Assembly (NCBI GenBank): GCA_965649825.1
Contig: OZ287706.1
Span: 372,001-436,000 of the forward strand
Source: Penicillus capitatus
Taxonomy: Eukaryota; Plantae; Chlorophyta
Direction: 5' to 3'
DNA length: 64,000 bases
Shown here: in pieces, positions 48,126 through 62,739 of the stretch
Layout of the letters: each line of letters starts with the position of its first letter
How positions within the stretch are numbered: position 1 is the stretch's first letter
Position numbers and translations under genes: made by a program
The notes under the pieces: generated by a model
What the model was told of the DNA's origin: nothing
Database searches by the model: none
Seen by the model: only the letters and a program-made list of their open reading frames with translations

Positions 48126-49049
48126 GGCTGAAGCTTTTTTTCTGTCCCTTGATAGATATCATTTCATTTGTCAACGGCGTGAATCCTTCCGCTCGTGCAG
48201 AATAACTTGGACAATTGGACTGTGTCGATTATGAGACAAGATATGAGCTAGACTTGACGTTTGGAAGGCCCTTCATTGATTGCCCCAGTTAGATGAGCAT
48301 TGTACGCGAGAACACTCGGTGCAATGACATTCTGTATATCATTCTCGATGCGAAAAACGCAGACGACAGCGAAAGCGCGACACCTTCGGTCGATCGACGT
48401 TTCATAGATACACCAAACAAGCAGATTGCTCTGAGTGACGCAAGAACAGTTCACGTTTGTGAAGCTACAAAGGATCACGGTATTTGTGAACACGGACGAA
48501 TCGTCTATGGTATGAACGCCGACAGATAGAAGACAAGACGGCGTGTGTGAAGGATTATTGTGTATGTATGCATTACAGACAAACGAAGACACCCTTTTTG
48601 ATCTGTACATACCTTCACGTGTTTGCATCTTGCTCATATGACGCAGATGGTTGATTTCTATGTACAGGTTTGAACTTACCGCAGGCATTTGATAAAATCT
48701 TCGAACTCGAAGAAGATTTTACTGTCGGTTTATCTGCATGGCGGCGGGAAGTTGAATTAATGCTCGTACTCTGAATAGATGTCCACTGTCGGTTCATCTG
48801 AATAGCGACGAGAACTTGAATTACAATCGGGGCACAGTGTGTGCTCATGCAGCGTGTCTTCCAGAGGCTCGCCGTATTCGTTTTCCGATCGCGTCGTTCG
48901 TCGAAGTGCCGTGTCGACGTTTGAGATTTCTCACTCAGCGCGAGAGGACACCACAACGGGGTTGATTGATTCATCGCGACGTCCAAATGGGAATCGGAGG
49001 TCGCTGTCATTTAATTCCTTTTGACGCACGAGTCGGAGAACAAAGGAAA

Positions 49050-50696
<1,647 letters not shown>

Positions 50697-51044
50697 AGCG
50701 GCGAAGACGAGACATGTGTTTGGTCCAGAGGATAGACCTGTAATGTCATCCATGATCATTGTTGGGTTCACTGTGCAATTCGCGCGCTGCCCGATCCTCG
50801 ACAAGTCAATCGCGTTGATTCTCACACGGCTGTCGCATCAGATCAAGCCTGAGACGTAGATCGCTGTCTGACATGCATCGCCGTTCTTTCGCCGTTGGAC
50901 GACGATGACAGTGTTCGATCAATCCTGAGTTCATTTAGAAGTGTGCCAGTGCACCTTGTGTTTGGGCCCGAGTCTCGGGGATACACTACACGATACGTTT
51001 CAATGCTCCGCATGTGGAAAACTGAACGCTTCCGACGCGGTGAT

Positions 51045-52230
51045 CTACATCTGTCTCCCTTCTTCCTTTGGCGTCCTGAAGCCGTAGGTCTTGACCAATC
51101 GGATCTGCGCCAACGAGAAGACAGTCTTGATGATGCGTGCGTAATCCGTCCCAATCGACTTCAGCATCACGTCAGTTGCCAGCCACGCCCAGAGCAACGG
51201 ACCCAAGAGACCCAACGTCCCATTCACTGAACTGTAACGCGCCACCGCTCGGGTCACGCCTTTGTGCGTTGCCTACACATTAACCATCGATCAACAGGGA
51301 TGCTTCCTCGTGATGTACAGGCGAATCCAACCTCCACGCTGAGACGCTTCCTCAGGTGATGCAGCCCTCGATGGTATGCAGCTCTCAAGGCTGTCTCGTA
51401 GCGCAGTCGATGTCTCACGACATCGACTCCCAGTCTTTGCAACAGCGCTCGCCGTATGACGGATAGAGTCAGGGCGCCGCCGAGTTTGGACATCATGGAG
51501 ACCAACTCGTCCTTTCCCAGGCGCAGTGGAGCCAGAAGACGACTCCACCAACCTCGGGAGTGCACAGAGGTTCCCATGCCGTCTCCATTCTGGAAGGTGT
51601 TGACCAGGTCGTTCCGCTGAGGCTGATCGGCGATGTACTGCTGGCAGTTGGCGAGAAGATATAGATAGATCTCTGTCTCCAGATCTGCCGTTTCCAGATG
51701 TCTGGGACATCGAATCTCGAACCTTGAAATCTCACACTTCTGTCACATCATCCATCCACTGCACGATCACACCTGGATTGGATGTGCATGAGCGTCTCTC
51801 GATAGGTCGGTCGGTAGCCTCGCAGTGTCTGCATGGATGATGCTGCCAGGAAACGAAAACGCGATTGGATTTTGCGCATCACAGTTGTCCTGCCACGGTA
51901 CTCGACGGCCGCCGGTTCTTTCTCTACCACCAGGCTTTTGACGAAGGGACTGAACAGACTGGGAGCGAAGAGTGTGTCGTAGAGGAGCTCCAATTCCTCG
52001 CGATTACACAATTCCAGCACCTCCCAGAGATCTCGGTCGACATCGCAGGGGGCGGAGGGACGATCCGAATCGACCTCGCGCACTGCTCGGCACCGTGTCG
52101 AAGGCGATAGAGTCACGCGATGAAGCGATTGGCGGGAACGCTCGACGATGCGCTTTCGCGTCGGGCGTCGCTTTGGAGCGGCCGAACGTCGGACAAAGAA
52201 AAACGGCCCAGATCGTACGACCGTCTGCAT
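51045..52230 (-). CDS. Conserved plastid/cyanobacterial uncharacterised protein (YaaW/UPF0174-like)
   Basis: DLWEVLELCNREELELLYDTLF...RFRFLAASSMQTLRG..PTYRETL and C-terminal LGPLLWAWLATD..SIGTDYARIIKTVFSLAQIRL resemble cyanobacterial YaaW-family and plant plastid homologues as remembered. Alternative ATG at 52272. Confidence 0.65.
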
Positions 52231-52297
52231 CGCTGCCGTTCTCGGCAGTGCGGCGATGTCGTGTCGCGTCATGTGCTTTCGGACGCGTGTCGGTCAC

Positions 52298-53579
52298 ATG
52301 GCAAGTTTCGATGTGCTGGGATGGCTCGAACTCTATCGATCCGGCGACACGACGCCCGTCTCTATCGACCAACCGACCGAGACAGGAGCCTGCTGGACGC
52401 GGACGTCGAATCTTCTGGGCGGCGAATACAAATATGGTGACAAGACAGGTCCGCCAACCACAAGAAAGCACGGGCGATATGCGGACGATACTGTACAGGA
52501 CTCCTGTCTTATCGTCCCTGTTCGCCTCCCTGTTCCTTGGCCGAAGGCTTTCCGGAAAAATACATCCCGAAGCCGAAGGAACGCTCGGTGCACGTGGAGA
52601 TCATTCTGAGAGCGCTGAAGAAGGCAGGAGTGTCCTTCGAAGACTTTACGATTATCTCTTTCCGCAATAACATCAACAAGATCTGCAATACGATGACGGA
52701 CAACACAGCGTCTTGGGCATTGGACGCCTGTTGCCTGTCGGATTACCCAAGAACGACCTTTCTGAACATCCATGTCCCATCACGACCCGCATCTCTGACC
52801 AAAGCCGTCACGCATTTGTGGAATGGTGTGTAGCATACGGAAGAGAAAGAGTATCCAGATTCAGAGAGATACTGTTACTTTGGGTACAAGTTCGAGACGC
52901 TGTGTACGGGCGGCGGACGAGAGGCGATGGTCGATGCGACGTCGGAATTTGCGATCGTCTTCGACACGCAGCTGCACGATATGAAATGCGCCATTGCAGC
53001 CGAGATCGATTGCTATAATCCAGAGACCACCTCCAGCAACACGGCCATCTCTCTTATGGAGCTCAAGACTGCTCGGTCACTCCTCGTGCAAAAAGAGTGA
53101 CATCTGAGTTCTGTGCGTCTCAGACTGGTCGAATCTGATCGACAGCAAAAGAGCGCGCAGCGTTTCAAGTATCCAAAGTGGTGGATCCAGTCGCACATTG
53201 TCGGCGTGCCTCAGATCATGATTGGCTACTGGGCCAGAGATGGAACCCTCACATCGATCGCCTCTATCCGCACAGAAGACCTGCCTGCTCGTGCAATGGA
53301 TGGCATTTCGGGCTACAAACGACAACAGGTCTGTTCCGTTGTTATTGATTGGTCTGCCGAGTATGTGGTGGTGTATCCTTTCTTGTGTGTTAGGTCTGGA
53401 GACCACAGCAGCTGTTGGGATTTCTACACAGCGTGTTGACTTGGATACAAGGTCTGCTGCGAGAGAGTCCCGATCGGCACTATCGCTTCGTTTACTGTCC
53501 CGAGCGCAAGCTTATTACGGCGCAACTCTGCGAGGACGGCGAACTGGTCTGTCACATCAGATCGGTTATTGATACCTGA
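52298..53579 (+). CDS. DXO: RAI1/DXO-family decapping exoribonuclease
   Basis: IISFRNNINKI; YFGYKFETLC; AAEIDC; MELKT; KWWIQSHIVGVPQIMIG...GTLTSI are the RAI1/DXO motifs in order. TGA at 53577-53579. Confidence 0.88.
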
Positions 53580-53626
53580 CCTGAACGATCTGGTTCGAAC
53601 GCACGGGTTGTATCATCTTCGGCGAC

Positions 53627-56600
53627 ATGCAACGCGAATTCGGTGTAGCAAGGAATACACCTGTGCCTCCGCCGTTTTATCGTCCGTTTCCAACACGAAC
53701 GACTGATGTCTTTGCTGCCGGTGCCGAGCGTGAGACACGGTTGTACTTTGAAACGCGTATGGAGATCCCCCAGTTGCCACCTCTACCAAACGCCGTCCCG
53801 AGAACGCAGCTCGACATAAGGGAGGCAAGAAGGGATTTCGCAGAGAGACAGCTGATACATCCGACGTCGTCAGCCTTGTGTAACTTACGCGAGGATTTGC
53901 GACCAAACGCACTGCCGAGACAGATCGACATGGAGCCGCAAAGACGACACGCGTTTCCTAGTGTCATCGACGTGAACATGGGACCACCGAGACCGTCCGC
54001 GTTCGAATCGCCGATCGCATGCCGTCTAAGCAATACCGTGCGCCGTCATGCGATCGAACAGAGCGCCCCTCCAAGATACAGAGATGACCGTTCGTGGATG
54101 ACACAGAGGGATCTACTGGATCCCGCTTTCTGTGGGATAGCGAGAGAAACGCAAACGATCCGTTCTCAACCGAATCTCTGGATGGATGGTCAGAAGATGG
54201 TGAATCTGGACACCGTGACAGGAGAAGGGATGCATATGGAGATGCCTCGGACCTTGGGAACGATATCTCTCGTGGATCCAGCCATCTCCCGTCGACAGCA
54301 TGCAGAATTCATTGCTTATCAGCAGCGCAGGCCTGATTTGCCGAATCTGGAAGCGGTGTCCGTTTCTGAGGGTCCTTGGGTGTGGACCCCGGAGAAAACC
54401 TCTACCCGTACGGCGTGTCCGTCCACAAACCCTCAGTTTTATCCGTTTTCTCAGTTGGATCCCTGCAAGATGGGCACAGGCAATGATGCCCATAATAATG
54501 ACGATCTTCCATCTTTGCATTCCATGAGAGCAGCGATTTTGAATCCTTCGTTGGCCGCTGCCCCATCCGTTTTACAAAAAATACTGAAGAATGCCCCTGA
54601 AGCAGAGATCTCTGCTCCGCGATCGTGTTTTAGCAATGATGCAAAAAGTACTGCTTCCTTTGCTCGGGTGATGTCCGAATATGGCGACCAAAAGGTGGAC
54701 ATCCAAAGATTGCCGCCAGCTGCATGGCCTTCTGACAATCCTGCTGTTCCTGACGGAGTTCCGATGCCTCGAATGAACGATGCATCACATCCCGTTGCGC
54801 ATCTGGATCTCTATCTGCCTTGGAATCTCCACAAACAAGATCCGTGCCGTCCGCACACCGTACCACCATCTTTCGTACCAGAGATGGAGGCGAGAAGGCC
54901 GATTCCTGAGTCCAAAAATTCGCGAGGCTGGACAGATCTTTTCTACAATACGGATCTGCCTGCAGAGTCCTTAATCTACAAGCCACTGTCCCGTCACCTC
55001 ACAGAAGCAGCACCCGTTTACCCTCGCAATACGTCTCCGGTGACAAGAAGCCAAAATGATGTCGAAGTGCAAGAGCCCGTTGCATCGGATGTACAGTATC
55101 TGCTCAAGCTCAGAGAGAAATATCAGCAAGGCGGAATGGTGGATGCAGCTGTTGGTGGCCTGCCAGTGCAATCAGCATCAAGACCCACGGTTCAGCCGCC
55201 GTCTTCTTCAGAATGTCGTCCCTGGCGAAGACTGCAACACTTGACCGTGGAAATGACGCCGACGATTGAGGAATTGCTAAACAAGATGCAACAAGGTCAT
55301 GCGACGCTTATGGCTGCATTGTCACCTGAAATGCATCGAGAACTGGGTGCAGATCTCTTCGATCTCTGCTCTTATCGAGATTGTGTCCCCGGGGATAGAA
55401 AGGAAACAGCATCTGGCGCTGCTTGCATGGAAATCCGTGTCCTTAGGGAAACGAGCTGGTGTCTTCTGCACCTTGGCATTTTGTCAGCATACCACCACTT
55501 GGAAAAGGTCTGCTTCCTAATGCGCAGCAGCGTCTTCACACACAAGCGTTAACTTTTGCAGGAATTGCAGAGTCTGGCACAATCCAGAGAAATCTGCGCC
55601 TACTGCCTGAGAGAGCTCGGAAGAAGCTACCACAGTGTCTTGAACGGAGACACAATGGATCATCCGAAGGACATCAAACTAAGGGAGCTTCTGTCGAACG
55701 CATGTGGGGGAGCGGTCTCCGAGGTGACCCCTCTCCTGCCAGACTGTCTGTCACGCACGTCTCTTTGATGTGACAGGGAAGGCGCAGGATCTGTATGCTA
55801 TCCGACGCATCTGGACACACTTCCCTTCTGAGAAAGTTCCCCGTTGCGCAAGCACTCATCCACGCAGAAGCACGCGGAGAGACAGATCCGACGGAACGTC
55901 AGCCGTGTGATATCTTCCTGGCACCGCAACAAGACTTTTGCCGCGTTGCGTCTAATCGAGTGCCTTTCCGATTAAGCGACTTCGATGTCGTGATCGAAGT
56001 GGCTCCATCCATTCATGGACCGACGCTCGAGACGCTTCTTCAGCAAGAGGCGATTTGCCAAGATGGCATCGATACGGGACAGCCGACATCCATTGTATAT
56101 CTCTGTTCGCAGAAACCACATTTCAAGACAGGGACGCAGCCGAATGGGATCAGCAGTGGAATGCCACAGACACAGACAGTCGTGGAGCAGCAACCGACAG
56201 CAGCAGCATGTCGACAATGGACACCGAGTTTGATACAACCTGACCGGTCTCGACGATGTGAACAAGGCGACTCTATGGACGAGCATTTGCAGACAACTCA
56301 GAGAACTGAAACGGATGGCTCTCGGTCTACGGGTCTGAGCTTCGACCTGGCTGCTCCCTTTCGAACTGGCTCAAGTGCTCCCATCTCACAAGCATCAGCA
56401 TCTGACGAGTGTGGTTGGCATGTTAGGAACGAAGAGGATGGATCTTGGAGACACGCGTCCTGAAACGGAAGTCTCTGCCTGGAAAGGATGGCCCGACGCA
56501 TTGTGTTCCTCTTCAGAACGGGAGCAATTGGAGACTCAGGACTGGAATGCCTACAAGTTTAGAAAGAAAAACGGAGATAGCTCCGATCAGCAAAGCACTG

Positions 56601-57089
56601 GACACAGCCAACACGATGATCGAGCGGACGAAAGCCATGGGGCGCAATGCGATGAACGGATGAGGCCGCTCGAGTCTTCGTGGGACAGAATGTCGGAGAC
56701 GGATTGGAACTGGAATGTCGATCCTCTCTTGGACGATGGCGATGCCATATTCGATTCAACTTTTTCGACCGGGTTGGATTCGATGACTGAAATCTCTGGC
56801 CTAGAAGAATCTACAACACGTGTCAGAATTGCTGGATTTGATCGCGACACCCTCTCTTCCTTACCGGAGCTTGGATACAACGCATCTCGCATGGAGATGG
56901 CGCATCGAAACGACACATCTCATTCGCGGACTTCGTCGTGCCATCAGACAAAAAAGACGAACCGTGCAAAGCAACCAAGTGCGAAAAATAACAAGCGGGC
57001 GTCGGCTCCGACGCGAAATGGTCTCTTTCCTGATTACAAACGCCTCAAGAGAACAAGTACGTATCGCATTTTTCGCTGTACAGGAATGA
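53627..57089 (+). CDS. Large mostly low-complexity protein; central segment weakly SHOC1/Zip2-like (tentative); 3' end uncertain
   Basis: 641-codon first exon plus downstream exons. LRETSWCLLHLGILSAYHHLEK | ...HPKDIKLRELL | ...PFRLSDFDVVIEV recall the central region of plant SHOC1 from memory. No clear XPF-like domain seen. Confidence 0.4.
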
Positions 57090-57759
57090 TCACGATCCGT
57101 TTCTTGCAGAAACAACAAAGAAGAGTCGGCAGTCTCGTTGGATTTACGAATCCTCTTAGAAGATTCTTTCTCCTTCATCTTTCTGGCCGTGTTGCGTTGC
57201 ATCTGCAACAGATGTTTTTCCAGAGCCAAAGTAGGAGGTTTCCCCTGCTTATTAAACCTAGTTTTTTGAGAACGCTGGCCTCGAGCTCGCAAAGTGTAAT
57301 AAATTCTTTCTTTTTGTCTCCGTTGGTTTGTGCCTTATTTGGCGTCGCCGCCCAGTTCAAATGCCATTGAATGTTTTATGAAGAGGTGCTGGTCAAAGAT
57401 GTGTCTCTGTGCAGCAGTTTCTCGACTTTCTCCACTTCAGGGAAAGCAGTCTAGCGCATCTTGGCTTCATCCCAGGAGAACGCGGACATGGGACACAAAG
57501 AAAAAGAGTGTCCGGGAATGTCAGAGATACAGAATCGAGAATCTCACTCGTCCAACCGAGAATCCCGTGGTGTTTTCCCACGAAATCGCACCACCAACAA
57601 CCCGACCTCATACTCGTTCGACGTATCTGCCGCCGCTTTATGTCCGACGGTAGTGTCATGCGAGAGATAATTGGTTACAAAGAAAACTATCAAATGATCA
57701 CGTGCATGATACAGGTTCAATGTTTAAGTGTATAAGATGACGCCTCAGGTTAAACGTAT

Positions 57760-60220
57760 GATCACTCATTTATTCGCGACACCAAAGGTAACACACAAGG
57801 GCGATGTAAAAGCTTTCTTCACCGTCACTGAGTATGGGCGATGGAAAGAGGAGCTCGGTATAAAATCGCGTCTCAGGCCCATGACGAAGGACACGCTTCG
57901 ACGCCCAGACAAACGCTCACTTACAAAAATGGTCAACGTTCGACAAAGGTAAACGATGGAAATTCGATACGACTATTCGGCTTTCTCCTTTATTCTCTTG
58001 CCGCCAATCGTCTCTCTCATTCCCCCTTTATTCGTCCTGATCACGGGTCGGGTTTCACACTCGGTCGAGGCAAGACGAAGTGGAACGTCAAATACTTCTG
58101 TTGGTGTTTGCTCCGTGATGTGAACGGATGTGACAGTCCTCGGGCGATAGTGAAATACATTGTGAACTGAGGTTATGTGATCTTTTGATATATCCCTGTA
58201 AGAGTCTGGACGATGCTTCGGCAACACTATAGAGAACTCTGGGCGTTCTCACGGAGAGAAACACTAGAGCGCTTCAAGACGATTTCGTTCCATAGAAAGG
58301 AGTTCACATACGAGGGTTCAGAAGATCTATACCTTTTCCACCCCAGTTTCAATAACAGTAAAAGCATATTCAAAACGAGAAAATCAAGTTCAATATGCGT
58401 ATTATCAATTTGAAAAACTGAATTTCAGCTCCGAATCCAATGAATTCATTTTCAAATACTCCATGTCCGAATTCAAATCGAATGATTTCATTTTAGAAGA
58501 ACGTCATCTTTTTTCAAGAGCGAACCGTTCATTTTGAAAATCTGTCGACAAATTACATCAACTGTTACTTCAATTTAATTTTCTGTCAACCATTTTTCAA
58601 TTACTGCCAAAGCGATTTGAAATCGGTCTCAAGATGTCAAGAGTGACATCACACCTATGAGACTGACTCCAAAAAAAGTAAAAACAATTCAAAACAACTC
58701 TTTGCCACCCATCCTCTTGCAGTTGAATATGGAATGCCATTCTTGGAAGCAATGTCCTTCCAGTCCCTACGTTGCCCCGCTTCTTCTACCACCCTGAGGC
58801 GAGCTGAACGTCGAGTTTTTTTTGTAAACTCCACGTTTTGATCCTGGCTTAGTCCCTCTTCTTCGAGGCTATGGATTTGTTTCTTCATTCATACCTAAAA
58901 CAAAGTAAAGAAACACCAAGGGACAAACGCCACTCACTTGTTGCCGAAGTACTCGTGTCGAGAACGCTCCAAAGGGGGCGAAGAATCCCTTGTCCAATTG
59001 GAACGTTGAAGATGTAACAGATTGGAACGTCTGCAAGCTCCATTGACGGGACACAGAATTGAGATTATTTTTATAATTGCTTTAATCTTTTTTGAAGATG
59101 AGATAATGTTCGTTGAAAATGAATGGTACCTTTTGTAAACCAATGACATATTTTTTAAATGAAATGACTTGTTTTGAAATGAGAAATTATTGTTTCAATT
59201 TGATGTCACCGGATGGGAAATCGTTGTCATGGAGATTGAAAATGGAGTCGTCGTCATTTGTGAAAGTAAAATATTGGGTTTCAAAATGATTCTGTACTTT
59301 TTGAAAACCATTTTTCTGTTTTGAATACGTTCTTACTTTTATTGAAATTGGGGTGGAAAAGGTATAGTTCTACAAAACCTCACTCTACATTGTGTATATC
59401 CTTCTAGGCGGAGAAGCAGATGAAGCCATCGATATAGCAATCTCGAAGAAACGCGTGGAAGACAGAAAGAAGTGGATCGCTCCAATGACGGAAGAGACGT
59501 TTATAGATTATGGCGTATCGAAGATAACGTACACCGATTTCGTCAACAAGGAGCTCGTCTCGTTCAACAAATCAGACATCCGGAGATCGATTTCTGCTTT
59601 GATGGATGGACTGAAGGTCGGACAAAGAAAGATCATATACAGCATCCCGAAGAAGTGTCTTGTGGGAATAAAGGTTTTGCTCACTTCGACTACCAAGACG
59701 CATGTGTTCATTAGTCCACTTAGATACTCGAACTCAATGGATACATCAGTCACCATGCAGCATAGCACCACGGAGATGCCAGCCTGAGTGCCACGATCAT
59801 CGGTCTCGCCCAGAATCTCGTAGGCTTCAACAATATCAACCTTCTGAAACTTAATGGACAATTTGGAACACGGCTGCAAGTGAGTAACGCGATGGCAAAA
59901 ACACAAACATTGTCCTGTGTTTGTTTCATTAAGGAGGAAAGGATGCCGCCAATGCGCGATACTCTCACACTTCGCAAGGTCCTTTGACCCGTTCCATCTC
60001 TCAGACCCGATGACGACATTCTGCAATATCTGAAAGACGATGGCAAGTCAATTCAACTGATGTGTTATTTGCCGATCATCCCCATGGTCCTGGTAAACGG
60101 TGCCGAAGGCATTGGCACTAGATCAGCATTCTTAACTACAATCCTCTCAATACCATCGACAATCTGCTGCGAATGCTGGATGATGAAAACCCTCAGTTGA
60201 TGAAGTCGTGGTATATTCCT
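57760..60220 (+). pseudogene. TOP2: DNA topoisomerase II fragment (end of TOPRIM to winged-helix region), pseudogenised
   Basis: KAFFTVTEYGRWKE; HRKEFTYEG|GEADEAIDIAISKKRVEDRKKW; YTDFVNKEL; DGLKVGQRK; AA*HHGDASL (TAG at 59763-59765 replaces the Tyr of the YHHG motif); NINLL..NGQFGTR; GGKDAANARY; PIIPMVLVNGAEGIGT. Frameshifts near 60000 and 60125; no N- or C-terminal parts nearby. Confidence 0.9.
58330..59364 (-). mobile_element. Non-autonomous Tc1/mariner (IS630-like) DNA transposon, ~1.03 kb
   Basis: TIRs TACCTTTTCCACCCCagtttcaataa... and ...ttattgaaattGGGGTGGAAAAGGTA, with imperfect similarity extending ~50 bp or more; TA on both sides (58328-9, 59365-6); AT-rich body; minus-strand HTH remnant RVVEEAGQRRDWKDIASKNGIPYSTARGWV; no DDE/D domain. 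Confidence 0.85.
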
Positions 60221-60593
60221 ATATCGACCAACAAGCGCATCCAGGAGAAGCTTGCAGCGGTGCTTCAAGCGACCCAAGATCTGTCAAATCGTGACTCTGA
60301 CTGACCTCATCTGCCCTGTTTGAAGTGCTCCTTCGCCACGCGTGTATCGCGGTAACGTGGCACTGCGCATGTCAAACAGACGCCGCCATTGGCTGCTGCC
60401 GTGTAACGCAGAGTGACGGTCGTCGTGGAAAACGCGCCGTCCACGAACGCTCTTCGCCAAGCGTTTTTCTGTACGTCGCTGTAATGAAGTCGTCATGTAT
60501 TTGATGGCCATCTCATCGTCTTGCTGTCTCAATCAGCCACGTCGTCGTGAGAACTGACTCCATTTCTGCCTTTTGGTCTTCTGCGTTTTCTAA

Positions 60594-61302
<709 letters not shown>

Positions 61303-61875
61303 AGCGACCATCCGCTGTATGTGCTCTATTGTGAAGACGGATATGGCCGCGGTAATGATGGCGACCATCGACGTTCTTGGTTTTGTTGACCGTGCGCCTT
61401 TAGCTTCTAATATCTGACCTCATTGTGGACAGATGATATTTCGATTGCTGTACACTGATTGAGAGATGTTCGAGAGGCTGATCCAAAACAACGTGTAAGC
61501 GGTATAAGGAGGAGAGTGATTTTAGGAAAACTCACTGAGGAAGCGCGCCGTCTGACGGAGTCATTGCAGTTTAACGCAGCCACACGAGGCAAACAGTTCC
61601 ACTATCCTAGTCGAACGACGTTCATCGCGGCATTTTGGATTGTTGTCTTCATATGGATGTCCATCTGCCGACAGAGAAACTTCAGTAGAATACTTGTGTC
61701 GTAAAGATGACAGAGTTTCGTTCCGAGTGTGGATGTGAAGAATCTGTTCATTTTGCTAGAAGATGCAGCGCATGACGGTTTGTTAGTATCACCAAGCTGT
61801 TGACCCAAACACAATGACATGTTTTACCTGTGTCAGCTTCTTGAACTTACCGTCCGTTTTGTTCTCTGGGCTTAG

Positions 61876-62634
61876 ATGAAACACTTCCACTTTCACATTG
61901 CAGCTTTCTGCTTGGTTTGTGTGGTGTGTGCAAGATACACTCGAAGTGAACTGGTACCGTCCGTGCTCGATCGTCTTTCTCGGTGGAACATTGAAGAACT
62001 CCAGTTTTGCTGTTTGATGTCGATATTCTCAACGCCGTTCCTTGAGGGAAGCGAGTGCATCTATGTCTGCAAAGCACATGAGTGGAAAGATGATATCGCG
62101 CGGAAACCGTGTCAAGCTGTGGAGCGTATTGATGGATGTCCGAAGAAACAGTAGACGCAAATGTGGACGGATCCAATCTGAACGCACAATTAACTCCCAG
62201 TCGCCTCCGTTGCGATACAACTTAATCCACTTCGCACGCATCAAGACCGCAGTTCTACGAAGAAGTCTTACCATCACCCCTGAAAGAATTCTCGCTTTGA
62301 GGGACGGAAGTACCAGAGGAGGGGCGTTCGCTAGAGACAATCAGGTCCACTTCAAGGAAAGCAACTTAAAAGGATAGAGCATCATCTCGACCGTTCTGGA
62401 CGAGAGATTCGGACATTTACGAAGTCCTTGTTCAACGTTTTTGGTGTACAGCCAGTTCGGCAAAAAATCATTAACAGAGTTCAAGAATGGTCAGTCGGTT
62501 TAGAGAAGGTTTGTCCGCTTTCACTGCTCTGCGTCGGAGAGCTCGTTGCGACAAACAGAAAAAAAGAATGTGACGATAAACTTTGCGTCGTCAGGAGCAA
62601 TAGTAATCTGTCTTCCGCCATCCGCCACATATAG
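61876..62634 (+). CDS. Hypothetical coding segments
   Basis: Cys-rich 92-aa ORF with a hydrophobic N-terminus (61876-62154) and a protein-like AG/GT-bounded frame (~62336-62509). Exon chain unresolved. Confidence 0.25.
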
Positions 62635-62739
62635 AGAGCTGTTCCTAGACAACAACTGCACGAGAGGATCAAGTTTGTCTCGCAAAAACGTGTCGCGTTT
62701 GGCGACACAGTCCTTGTTCGACGTACCTGCGTAGACGCG

